Shown here: positions 11,753-22,285 of the stretch, one piece after another
Numbering within the stretch: position 1 is the stretch's first letter
Layout of the letters: the number at the start of each line of letters is the position of its first letter
DNA from: Escherichia coli
GTDB taxonomy: Bacteria; Pseudomonadota; Gammaproteobacteria; Enterobacterales; Enterobacteriaceae
Assembly: GCF_003334765.1 (NCBI RefSeq)
Contig: NZ_QOWT01000029.1
Reading direction: 5' to 3' (one strand)
DNA: 51,807 nt
Position numbers and translations under genes: made by a program
The notes under the pieces: model-generated
What the model saw: only the letters and a program-made list of their open reading frames with translations
What the model was told of the DNA's origin: nothing
Databases searched by the model: none

Positions 11753-11895
11753 GCCTTAGCATCCTCAATTTCGTGGCGGGTCACCCGTGCAGGTTTTTTC
11801 AAACCTTGTTTAATCTCGACAGCCTCTTCCAGAGAGGTTTTCAACTCATCAAAAAAACTCATTTTATACCTCGCCTTTGAGCAGTTTCGTCACGG

Positions 11896-13128
11896 TTATC
11901 CTTGCTCCCCCATCATCTCCCGCACCAGCTCCACGCAGCGCAGGAAACGGCTGTCGTAATCGTCCTCTTCAACCCGCACGAATTCGATATTGTTCTCTTC
12001 CAGCATCTCCACCAGCAAGTTCTGGAACTCTTTGCGATCCACCGAACTGCCGAGGCTGCGTAAACCATCCGCCACCCACGGCGTGTTGTTCTCCAGCAGG
12101 ATCACCAGATCGAAACGGTATTCATCAATCAGCGCCTGCACGAACGGATGCTCACGCCCTTCGTACTTTTTGCAGAACGCCTGGGTAGTGACAAAATCGG
12201 TGTCAATAAACGCCACTTTATTGGCGTATTTCACTGCAAAATCAATGTATTGTGCGTGGCCCAACGCGATTTTATCGTAGTCGGAATACTGCAATGCGAT
12301 CTCATCACCGCCGAGGTGTGAAAAGACATAATCGCGGCCATATTCCCACGCACTGGTGGTGTTGAAGATATTGGCAAGTTTGTTTACCAGGGTGGATTTA
12401 CCGCTCGACTCGCCGCCAAGGATCGCCACGGTACGCACAAAAAACGGCTTCACTTCGGTAGGAATATATTCCCAGTAGCGGAACGGGTTTTCGCGGATCT
12501 GCGCACCGCTGATACTCATAAAGGTACGTTTCGGATCGACCAGCACCGTCTCGATCCCCAGATGTTCCATATACTGTGGCGCATCGGCTTCTTCCGAGGT
12601 GTAGATCAGATCCGGCTGGATCCCTTTTTCAGCCATAAACTTTTTGATACCGTTGCTCCACACATCCCAGCCGTGCGGATACGGCTCCATGCCCTCTTCG
12701 TTGAAAGCATGAATGCGAATATTTTTCTGATATTTAAAAGTTTGCAATAACCAGCGCAGACGATCCGGCACGGTCGGCTGCTGCGACATGGCACTGTCTT
12801 CGAACAACGCGCGGTCACGGGTATCGTCAAAACCCATAATGATATGCAGCTCGTCAACCTGGCTACAGGCGCGCTGGATAAGATAGATATGTCCGGTATG
12901 CAGCGGGTAGAACTTACCGAATACCACACCGATCGTTTTCTTCTGTCGGGGAAATTCAAGCCCCAAAAAACGGTGCAACGCCTCCAGCTTTTGCGCGCTA
13001 GGGCTTTTGATTTTGGCATTCAGTAACTGGCTTAAATACCCTTTGGTCATACCGCTGGCATCAGCTACCTGCTGTAGCGTGCAGCCCTGTTGCTTGATGG
13101 CAGTTTTCAGGTAATCAAATGACGACAT
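11896..13128 (-). CDS. nadR: Trifunctional NAD biosynthesis regulator and NMN adenylyltransferase NadR
   Basis: ORF track 417 aa; start moved to MSSFDYLK to give 410 aa; N-terminal HTH, HxGH adenylyltransferase motif (YPLHTGH), Walker A GGESSGKST. Confidence 0.93.
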   Translation of the reverse strand: MSSFDYLKTAIKQQGCTLQQVADASGMTKGYLSQLLNAKIKSPSAQKLEALHRFLGLEFPRQKKTIGVVFGKFYPLHTGHIYLIQRACSQVDELHIIMGFDDTRDRALFEDSAMSQQPTVPDRLRWLLQTFKYQKNIRIHAFNEEGMEPYPHGWDVWSNGIKKFMAEKGIQPDLIYTSEEADAPQYMEHLGIETVLVDPKRTFMSISGAQIRENPFRYWEYIPTEVKPFFVRTVAILGGESSGKSTLVNKLANIFNTTSAWEYGRDYVFSHLGGDEIALQYSDYDKIALGHAQYIDFAVKYANKVAFIDTDFVTTQAFCKKYEGREHPFVQALIDEYRFDLVILLENNTPWVADGLRSLGSSVDRKEFQNLLVEMLEENNIEFVRVEEDDYDSRFLRCVELVREMMGEQG

Positions 13129-13148
13129 ATCTCCCTCCGTATCTCTCA

Positions 13149-14531
13149 TTATAAGTCGTCGAACACGCTAAGCGCGTCGGAGAGTTTTTTAACGCCAAAA
13201 ATCTGCATCCCTTCCGGCGCTTTTTTCGGTACGTTAGCCGCCGGAACAATCGCCCGGCGAAAACCGTGTTTCGCCGCTTCAGAGATTCGTTCCTGCCCGC
13301 TGGGCACCGGGCGGATCTCCCCTGCCAGCCCGACTTCACCAAACACCACCAGATCCTGTGGCAGCGGTCTGTCACGCAGGCTGGAAACCATCGCCAGCAG
13401 TAACGCTAAATCGGCACTGGTTTCTGTCACCTTCACGCCGCCGACCACGTTCACAAACACATCCTGATCGGCCATTTGCAGACCACCGTGACGGTGCAAG
13501 ACAGCCAGCAGGATCGCCAGACGGTTTTGCTCCAGACCTACCGCCACGCGGCGCGGATTCGCCATCATCGAGTGATCGACCAGCGCCTGAATCTCCACCA
13601 GCAACGGACGCGTTCCTTCCCACACCACCATCACGGAGCTGCCGGAGGTCACTTCATCTCCGCGACTTAAGAAAATTGCCGAAGGGTTGCTGACTTCACG
13701 CAGCCCCTGTTCGGTCATCGCGAAGACGCCCAGCTCATTCACCGCGCCGAAGCGGTTTTTATGGCTGCGCAAGGTGCGAAAACGGGAGTCGGCATCACCA
13801 TCCAGAAGCACCGAACAGTCGATACAGTGTTCCAGCACTTTAGGGCCAGCCAGCGAGCCATCTTTGGTTACGTGCCCAACCATGACAATCGCCACACCGC
13901 GCGTTTTGGCGAAGCGCGTCAGATAAGCCGCCGTTTCACGCACCTGCGCCACGCTGCCAGGCGATGACTGTACATCCGCCATATGCATCACCTGAATGGA
14001 GTCAATTACCATCAGCTTCGGTTGCTCTTCTTCGGCAATCAGGCAGATCTGCTCGATGCTGGTTTCCGACAACATATTGAGATTGTCAGTCGGCAGGCCA
14101 AGGCGATGAGCGCGCATTGCCACCTGTTGCAGCGACTCTTCGCCAGTGACATATAGCGTTTTCATCTGCTGCGCCAGTTTGCACAGCGTTTGCAGTAGCA
14201 GCGTGGATTTCCCCGCGCCTGGGTTACCGCCAATCAGAATGGCGCTTCCTGGCACTACGCCACCGCCTAATACGCGATCGAACTCTTTAAATCCGGTTGA
14301 AAAACGCGGCAACTCCTCAAGGCTGATATCGGAGAGTTTCTGGACTTTTGCCACCCCGGCGCTACCGGCATAGCCACTGAGACGCTCGTTACGCGCCACC
14401 GTTGGCGACGCAGCAAGACGCACCTCGGTGATGGTGTTCCAGGCATGGCAGGCGTTGCACTGCCCCTGCCAGCGCGGATAATCGGCCCCGCATTCATTAC
14501 AAACAAAGGCGCGTTTTGGAGCTTTTGCCAC
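13149..14531 (-). CDS. radA: DNA repair protein RadA (Sms)
   Basis: ORF track 476 aa; start moved to GTG (VAKAPKRAF) to give 460 aa; zinc finger CxxC-x10-CxxC, RecA-like Walker A GNPGAGKST, Lon-like C-terminus. Confidence 0.93.
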   Translation of the reverse strand: MAKAPKRAFVCNECGADYPRWQGQCNACHAWNTITEVRLAASPTVARNERLSGYAGSAGVAKVQKLSDISLEELPRFSTGFKEFDRVLGGGVVPGSAILIGGNPGAGKSTLLLQTLCKLAQQMKTLYVTGEESLQQVAMRAHRLGLPTDNLNMLSETSIEQICLIAEEEQPKLMVIDSIQVMHMADVQSSPGSVAQVRETAAYLTRFAKTRGVAIVMVGHVTKDGSLAGPKVLEHCIDCSVLLDGDADSRFRTLRSHKNRFGAVNELGVFAMTEQGLREVSNPSAIFLSRGDEVTSGSSVMVVWEGTRPLLVEIQALVDHSMMANPRRVAVGLEQNRLAILLAVLHRHGGLQMADQDVFVNVVGGVKVTETSADLALLLAMVSSLRDRPLPQDLVVFGEVGLAGEIRPVPSGQERISEAAKHGFRRAIVPAANVPKKAPEGMQIFGVKKLSDALSVFDDL

Positions 14532-14579
14532 GGTGTACCTCGTTAATGCTGTGCCGCCCGCAGGATGACGGGCAGGCAA

Positions 14580-15548
14580 TTACTTCTGATTCAGGCTGCC
14601 AGAGAGGATGCAGAATACCCCCATCAGGTCAGCGTGACGGATGGTGACTTCCGTTTTTTCATTCACTTTTGGCTTGGCATGGTAGGCAATCCCCAGCCCT
14701 GCCGCTTTGATCATCGGCAGGTCATTGGCTCCATCGCCAATCGCCACGGTCTGCGCCAGCGGGATTTCATACTCCTGCGCGAGGTGAGTCAGAGTTTTCG
14801 CTTTGTACTGCGCGTCTACGATGTCGCCGATCACATTGCCGGTAAATTTACCGTCCATGATCTCCAGTTCATTGGCTACCACGGCTGTCAGGCGCAGCTT
14901 GTCGCGCAGGTATTCAGCAAAGAAAGTAAAGCCACCGGAGGCAATCGCCACTTTCCAGCCCAGCGTTTCCAGCTTGAGTACCAGTTGCGTTAAGCCTGGC
15001 ATCAGCGGCAGATTTTCACGCACCTGTTGCAGAATATTGGCGTCAGCGCCTTTCAGCGTCGCCACGCGGCTGCGCAGGCTGGCGGTAAAATCGAGTTCGC
15101 CGCGCATCGCCCGTTCGGTTACCTCCGCCACCATCTCGCCCGTTCCGGCCAGTTTGGCAATTTCATCAATACATTCAATCTGGATGGCGGTGGAATCCAT
15201 GTCCATCACCAGCAAACCCGGAGAGCGCAGGTGCGGGATTTTCCCCAACGGCGCGACATCCAGCTGCGCTTCGTGGGCCAGGCGCGTAGCCCGCGCGGTG
15301 AGTGAACCTGCCAGACGAATCACCTGATAATCTTCCACGCACCAGGCGGCAACAATCACCATAGCCGCGCCCAGTTTGCTCTGGTATTGGGTCAGACGTT
15401 GTTTATCCAGCCCACGACCATACAGCAGCCAGCCGCTACGACCTGCGTGGTAATCCAGTGGCATCACTTCATCACCACTTAATGAAAGAGGCAGACCCGG
15501 CCATAAAGAGACATCTTCAGGCAGGTCGCACCAGGTAATGTTAGGCAT
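14580..15548 (-). CDS. serB: Phosphoserine phosphatase SerB
   Basis: ORF track 368 aa; start moved to MPNITWCDL to give 322 aa; HAD motif DMDST. Confidence 0.93.
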   Translation of the reverse strand: MPNITWCDLPEDVSLWPGLPLSLSGDEVMPLDYHAGRSGWLLYGRGLDKQRLTQYQSKLGAAMVIVAAWCVEDYQVIRLAGSLTARATRLAHEAQLDVAPLGKIPHLRSPGLLVMDMDSTAIQIECIDEIAKLAGTGEMVAEVTERAMRGELDFTASLRSRVATLKGADANILQQVRENLPLMPGLTQLVLKLETLGWKVAIASGGFTFFAEYLRDKLRLTAVVANELEIMDGKFTGNVIGDIVDAQYKAKTLTHLAQEYEIPLAQTVAIGDGANDLPMIKAAGLGIAYHAKPKVNEKTEVTIRHADLMGVFCILSGSLNQK

Positions 15549-15653
15549 TAAGGCTCCTGTAAAATCGTTCGAAGCAGGGAAAATAACGCATGAGGCTACC
15601 TTGTATCCATTGCTTCTGGCAACATTAAGTCTCAAATTTTCAAAGGGTGGAAG

Positions 15654-16298
15654 ATGGCTCGCACAAAACTGAAATTCCGGCTGCATCGGGCAGTGATTGT
15701 CCTGTTCTGTCTCGCCTTGTTAGTGGCGCTGATGCAGGGGGCGTCATGGTTTAGTCAAAACCACCAACGACAGCGTAATCCACAGCTGAAAGAACTGGCC
15801 CGCACCCTGGCGCGTCAGGTAACGCTGAATGTTGCACCGCTGATGCGTACCGACTCACCGGATGAAAAACGTATTCAGGCGATCCTTGATCAGTTAACGG
15901 ATGAAAGCCGCATCCTCGACGCGGGCGTGTATGACGAACAAGGCGATCTTATCGCCCGTTCTGGCGAAAGCGTCGAAGTGCGCGACCGGTTGGCGCTCGA
16001 CGGTAAAAAAGCGGGCGGCTATTTTAACCAGCAGATTGTCGAGCCAATTGCGGGTAAAAACGGACCGCTCGGCTATCTGCGCCTGACGCTCGACACCCAT
16101 ACGCTCGCCACCGAAGCCCAACAGGTGGATAACACCACTAACATTTTACGCCTGATGTTGCTGCTCTCACTGGCAATCGGCGTAGTGCTGACCCGCACGC
16201 TGCTACAGGGTAAACGCACCCGCTGGCAGCAATCGCCCTTCCTGTTAACCGCCAGCAAACCGGTGCCGGAAGAGGAAGAAAGCGAGAAAAAAGAGTGA
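15654..16298 (+). CDS. ytjB: Membrane protein YtjB (Smp)
   Basis: 214-aa ORF with N-terminal TM segment, divergent from serB and upstream of lplA. Confidence 0.88.
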   Translation: MARTKLKFRLHRAVIVLFCLALLVALMQGASWFSQNHQRQRNPQLKELARTLARQVTLNVAPLMRTDSPDEKRIQAILDQLTDESRILDAGVYDEQGDLIARSGESVEVRDRLALDGKKAGGYFNQQIVEPIAGKNGPLGYLRLTLDTHTLATEAQQVDNTTNILRLMLLLSLAIGVVLTRTLLQGKRTRWQQSPFLLTASKPVPEEEESEKKE

Positions 16299-16325
16299 CC
16301 CATTACTACAAGAAAGGAAATCGTT

Positions 16326-17342
16326 ATGTCCACATTACGCCTGCTCATCTCTGACTCTTACGACCCGTGGTTTAACCTGGCGGTGGAAGAGTGTATTTTT
16401 CGCCAGATGCCCGCCACGCAGCGCGTTCTGTTTCTCTGGCGCAATGCCGACACCGTGGTGATTGGTCGCGCACAGAACCCGTGGAAAGAGTGTAATACCC
16501 GGCGGATGGAAGAAGATAACGTCCGCCTGGCGCGGCGCAGCAGCGGTGGCGGCGCGGTGTTCCACGATCTCGGTAATACCTGCTTTACCTTTATGGCTGG
16601 CAAGCCGGAGTACGATAAAACTATCTCCACGTCGATTGTGCTCAATGCTCTGAACGCGCTCGGCGTCAGCGCCGAAGCGTCCGGCCGTAACGATCTGGTG
16701 GTGAAAACCGCCGAAGGCGACCGCAAAGTCTCAGGCTCAGCCTATCGCGAAACTAAAGATCGCGGCTTCCATCATGGCACCTTGCTACTCAATGCTGACC
16801 TTAGCCGTCTGGCAAACTATCTCAACCCGGATAAAAAGAAACTGGCGGCGAAAGGCATTACGTCGGTACGTTCCCGCGTGACCAATCTGACCGAATTGCT
16901 GCCGGGGATCACCCATGAGCAGGTTTGCGAGGCCATAACCGAGGCCTTTTTCGCCCATTATGGCGAGCGCGTGGAAGCGGAAATCATCTCCCCGGACAAA
17001 ACGCCAGACTTGCCAAACTTCACCGAAACCTTTGCCCGCCAGAGTAGCTGGGAATGGAACTTCGGTCAGGCTCCGGCATTCTCGCATCTGCTGGATGAAC
17101 GCTTTACCTGGGGCGGCGTGGAACTGCATTTCGACGTTGAAAAAGGCCATATCACCCGCGCCCAGGTGTTTACCGACAGCCTCAACCCCGCACCTCTGGA
17201 AGCTCTCGCCGGGCGACTGCAAGGCTGCCTGTACCGCGCGGATATGCTGCAACAGGAGTGCGAAGCGCTGTTGGTTGACTTCCCGGAACAGGAAAAAGAG
17301 CTACGGGAGTTGTCGACGTGGATAGCGGGGGCGGTAAGGTAA
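16326..17342 (+). CDS. lplA: Lipoate-protein ligase A
   Basis: 338-aa ORF recognised as LplA. Confidence 0.95.
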   Translation: MSTLRLLISDSYDPWFNLAVEECIFRQMPATQRVLFLWRNADTVVIGRAQNPWKECNTRRMEEDNVRLARRSSGGGAVFHDLGNTCFTFMAGKPEYDKTISTSIVLNALNALGVSAEASGRNDLVVKTAEGDRKVSGSAYRETKDRGFHHGTLLLNADLSRLANYLNPDKKKLAAKGITSVRSRVTNLTELLPGITHEQVCEAITEAFFAHYGERVEAEIISPDKTPDLPNFTETFARQSSWEWNFGQAPAFSHLLDERFTWGGVELHFDVEKGHITRAQVFTDSLNPAPLEALAGRLQGCLYRADMLQQECEALLVDFPEQEKELRELSTWIAGAVR

Positions 17343-17373
17343 CTCACTGATTTAAATATCCAGGGAAGGAAAT

Positions 17374-17637
17374 ATGATCGATCTGGAAAACCAGGAACGG
17401 GAGATTATCAATTTAATGTTCAGCCAGGGTATATCCTGGCTAACCGCCGTGCGTATCAGGCATAAACTATCACTTGCTGAAGTAAGTAAAATGTTAGGTA
17501 TCTCCATTAATTCTCTAAAACAGATCGAAAAGACGGAACGGCTTAGTTCAAACATCAAAAGCAAAATGGCAGGAATTTATGGTTGTCCACCAGAGTTGCT
17601 GATATGCCCTTCCTGGATGACGGCTGAACATAAATGA
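17374..17637 (+). CDS. Small XRE-type HTH protein; possibly the N-terminal remnant of HipA-like kinase YjjJ/HipH
   Basis: 87-aa ORF with Shine-Dalgarno GGGAAGGA 4 nt before the ATG, 32 bp after lplA stop; helix-turn-helix signature LSLAEVSKMLGISINSLKQIE; no kinase domain follows. Confidence 0.6.
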   Translation: MIDLENQEREIINLMFSQGISWLTAVRIRHKLSLAEVSKMLGISINSLKQIEKTERLSSNIKSKMAGIYGCPPELLICPSWMTAEHK

Positions 17638-17735
17638 ATAGATTCGTGAATAGATACTTGAATGGATTTTATTTTCTATCCATATGAAAAATAATAGTAA
17701 ATCTATAAATCAGTTGCTATTGATGAATAGATGCT

Positions 17736-17764
17736 AAAAAGCCGGAGCAGTCTCCCGCTCCGGC
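17736..17764 (-). terminator. Rho-independent terminator of the deo operon
   Basis: 8-bp stem GCCGGAGC/GCTCCGGC followed on the minus strand by a T-run (AAAAA on plus strand), 35 bp past deoD stop. Confidence 0.7.
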
Positions 17765-17797
17765 TTCACAAGGCAATCGCCTTTCAGCGAAACACAA

Positions 17798-18517
17798 TTA
17801 CTCTTTATCGCCCAACAGAACGGATTCCAGTGCGATTTTGATCATGTCGTTGAAGGTGGTCTGACGCTCAGCGGCAGTGGTCTGCTCGTGAGTGCGGATG
17901 TGGTCAGACACGGTGCAGATGGTCAGGGCTTTCGCGCCAAATTCTGCAGCGACGCCGTAGATACCAGCTGCTTCCATTTCCACGCCGAGGATGCCGTATT
18001 TTTCCATCACGTCGAACATTTCGCCGTCCGGAGAGTAGAACAGGTCAGCGGAGAACAGGTTACCAACGCGAGCATCAACGCCCAGTGCTTTAGCCGCGTC
18101 TACCGCGTTACGCACCATGTCAAAGTCAGCGATAGCGGCAAAGTCATGGTCTTTAAAACGGATACGGTTAACTTTGGAATCGGTGCAGGCACCCATACCG
18201 ATAACGACGTCGCGCAGTTTTACGTGTGGCAGAACAGCGCCACAGGAGCCTACGCGGATAATTTTCTTCACGCCGAAATCGGTGATCAGTTCTTTGGTGT
18301 AGATGGAGCAGGACGGGATACCCATACCGTGACCCATTACGGAAATTTTGCGGCCTTTGTAAGTACCGGTGAAGCCCAGCATACCGCGAACGTTGTTCAC
18401 TTCACGGGCATCTTCAAGGAAAGTTTCAGCAATATACTTCGCACGCAGCGGGTCGCCTGGCATCAAAACTACGTCAGCGAAATCGCCCATTTCTGCATTA
18501 ATGTGTGGGGTAGCCAT
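17798..18517 (-). CDS. deoD: Purine nucleoside phosphorylase DeoD
   Basis: ORF track 258 aa; start moved to [12 protein letters not shown] to give 239 aa. Confidence 0.95.
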   Translation of the reverse strand: MATPHINAEMGDFADVVLMPGDPLRAKYIAETFLEDAREVNNVRGMLGFTGTYKGRKISVMGHGMGIPSCSIYTKELITDFGVKKIIRVGSCGAVLPHVKLRDVVIGMGACTDSKVNRIRFKDHDFAAIADFDMVRNAVDAAKALGVDARVGNLFSADLFYSPDGEMFDVMEKYGILGVEMEAAGIYGVAAEFGAKALTICTVSDHIRTHEQTTAAERQTTFNDMIKIALESVLLGDKE

Positions 18518-18573
18518 TGTTTTATCCTTTTTGTGACATAACAAAGGCGGAGTCAACGCTCCGCCCAAATCCA

Positions 18574-19818
<1,245 letters not shown>

Positions 19819-19848
19819 TCAAATTTAAATGATCAGATCAGTATACCG

Positions 19849-21171
19849 TTATTCGCTGATACGGCGATAGACAGTTGGTGTGCTTTCCGGTGCTTTATCG
19901 GCAAGTTTAATTGCCGCTTTCACCGCTTTCGCCGCTTCCTGCCAGCTGTTTTCGTCTTTCGCGTGGATAACTGCCAGCGGACGCTGACCGTCTACCTGGT
20001 CGCCCAGACGCGCCATATCAGTAAAGCCGACGCTGTAATCGATGGTGTCAGATGCCTGACGGCGTCCGCCGCCCATTGCAACCACTGCCATCCCCAGCGC
20101 ACGGGTATCCATTTCACTGACAAAACCTTCGGTATCAGCATAGACTGCTTTCGTCAGCATCGCTGTCGGTAGATACTTCGCGTAGTTCTCAACGAAGTCA
20201 GTCGGGCCTTTTTGTGCCGCTACCATACGACCAAAGACTTCTGCCGCTTTACCGTTGTCCAGCACCGCCTGCAATTTCGCGCGCGCTTCGGCGTCATCTT
20301 TCGCCAGTTTGCCGGAGATAAGCATCTCTACGCACAGCGCCATTGTGACATCAAACAGACGCGGGTTACGATACTCACCCGTCAGGAACTGCACCGCTTC
20401 ACGAACTTCAACCGCGTTACCTGCACTGGAGGCCAGTACCTGATTCATATCGGTGAGCAGCGCGGTGGTACGCACGCCAGCGCCGTTAGCTACGCCAACA
20501 ATCGCTTCGGCAAGGGCTTCAGAAAGTTCGTAGGTCGGCATAAACGCGCCGCTACCCACTTTCACGTCCATCACCAGCGCATCCAGACCTTCCGCCAGTT
20601 TCTTCGCCAGGATCGAGGCAGTGATCAGCGGGATGGAGTCCACGGTTGCGGTAATATCACGGGTCGCGTAGAAACGTTTATCCGCCGGAGCCAGTGAGCT
20701 GGTCTGACCGATAATCGCCACGCCGACGTCTTTAATAATTTCGCGGAAACGGTTGTCATCCGGGAAAATGTCGAAGCCAGGGATGGATTCCAGTTTGTCG
20801 AGCGTACCGCCAGTATGACCGAGGCCGCGACCGGAGATCATCGGAATATAGCCGCCACAGGCAGCGACCATCGGCCCCAACATCAGCGAAGTCACATCGC
20901 CGACACCGCCGGTCGAGTGTTTATCAACAATCGGGCCATTCAGATGCAGGCTTTTCCAGTCGAGAACGGTTCCTGAATCTCGCATCGCCATGGTCAGCGA
21001 GACACGCTCAGGCATTGTCATATCGTGGAAGAAAATGGTCATCGCGAGGGCGGCAATCTGCCCTTCGGAGATAGTGTTGTCGCGAATGCCGTTGATAAAG
21101 AAACGAATTTCTTCATCACTCAGCGCATGACCATCACGTTTTTTACGAATAATTTCTTGTGCGAGAAACAA
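19849..21171 (-). CDS. deoA: Thymidine phosphorylase DeoA
   Basis: ORF track 463 aa; start moved to TTG at 21171 (…[11 protein letters not shown], read as M) preceded by GAGGT, giving 440 aa. Confidence 0.93.
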
Positions 21172-21248
21172 GGTAACCTCCCGTGGAAAAGAGACGAGGT
21201 AATCGGGGAACCGGATGAGCATCGCTGCATCATCCGGCAAATCAAGCC

Positions 21249-22028
21249 TTAGTAGCTGCTGGCGCTCTTACCGTCGCCGTGGCCCAGAGCTTTCAGCAGG
21301 CTTGCCAGCAAGCTGGAAGCACCAAAGCGGTAGTGACGCGCATCAGCCCAGTCAGCACCGAACAGTTCATCTGCAATGGCGAGATATTTCTGCGCATCTT
21401 CCGCAGTACGCACGCCGCCCGCCGGTTTGAAACCAACGGTTTTTTCTACGCCCATATCGCGGATCACTTCCATCATGATGCGCGCGCTTTCCGGCGTCGC
21501 ATTCACAGCCACTTTACCGGTAGAGGTTTTGATGAAGTCAGCACCCGCTTTGATGGAGATTTCAGACGCTTTACGGATCAGCGCTTCGTCTTTCAGTTCG
21601 CCGGTTTCAATAATCACTTTCAGCAGTACGTTCGCCGCAGCGCAAGCCTCTTTACAGGCTTTCACCAGGTCAAAACCAACCTGCTCGTTACCCGCCATCA
21701 GCGCGCGGTACGGGAACACCACGTCAACTTCATCGGCACCGTAGGCGATTGCCGCACGGGTTTCTGCCAGCGCGATTTCGATGTCGTCGTTACCGTGTGG
21801 GAAGTTGGTTACCGTAGCAATACGGATTTCCGGGGTGCCCTGCTCTTTCAGAGTTTTGCGAGCAATCGGGATAAAGCGAGGATAGATACAGATAGCGGCG
21901 GTATTGCCGACCGGAGTTTTGGCCTGATGACACAGGGCGATCACTTTCTCATCGGTGTCGTCGTCATTCAGGGTGGTCAGGTCCATCAATTTCAGTGCAC
22001 GCAGGCTGCTTGCTTTCAGATCAGTCAT
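21249..22028 (-). CDS. deoC: Deoxyribose-phosphate aldolase DeoC
   Basis: ORF track 267 aa; start moved to [13 protein letters not shown] to give 259 aa. Confidence 0.95.
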
Positions 22029-22071
22029 TTCATTCTCCTGGCTTGTCGCCAATAAAATTCACCTTGCGAGT

Positions 22072-22087
22072 TTGTTAGTATTCTAAC
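22072..22087. promoter_or_regulatory. DeoR operator O2 at deoP2
   Basis: 16-bp palindrome TGTTAGTATTCTAACA, 44 bp upstream of deoC start. Confidence 0.75.
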
Positions 22088-22285
22088 ATCTACTCCGCAA
22101 CACACTTCGATGTACATCACAATTAAGGAAATCTACTTACAAGTTTGCATCACTGTAATGCGATTTGGTTCAAATAATTCACTTTCAAATGAATGCGTCA
22201 GTGGTGGCAAACGCATCAGGATCAAAGTGAACATCACGAAACTTCTTACAATGGCGCATCACCTTCGGCATAAAAGGAAAAGAAG

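Noticed and set aside
11702-11959. 85-aa plus-strand ORF and 91-aa minus-strand ORF (11459..11734) in the ettA-nadR gap
   Set aside because: Both are largely encoded by REP/BIME repeat sequence or overlap the ettA and nadR ends; repeat-derived reading frames, not genes.
17888-18541. 217-aa plus-strand ORF inside deoD, plus similar antisense ORFs in deoC (21279..22055), arcA (383..868), yjjW (23826..24362) and ettA (9819..10571)
   Set aside because: All lie antisense within well-recognised genes and have no start signals or domain signatures; treated as spurious.
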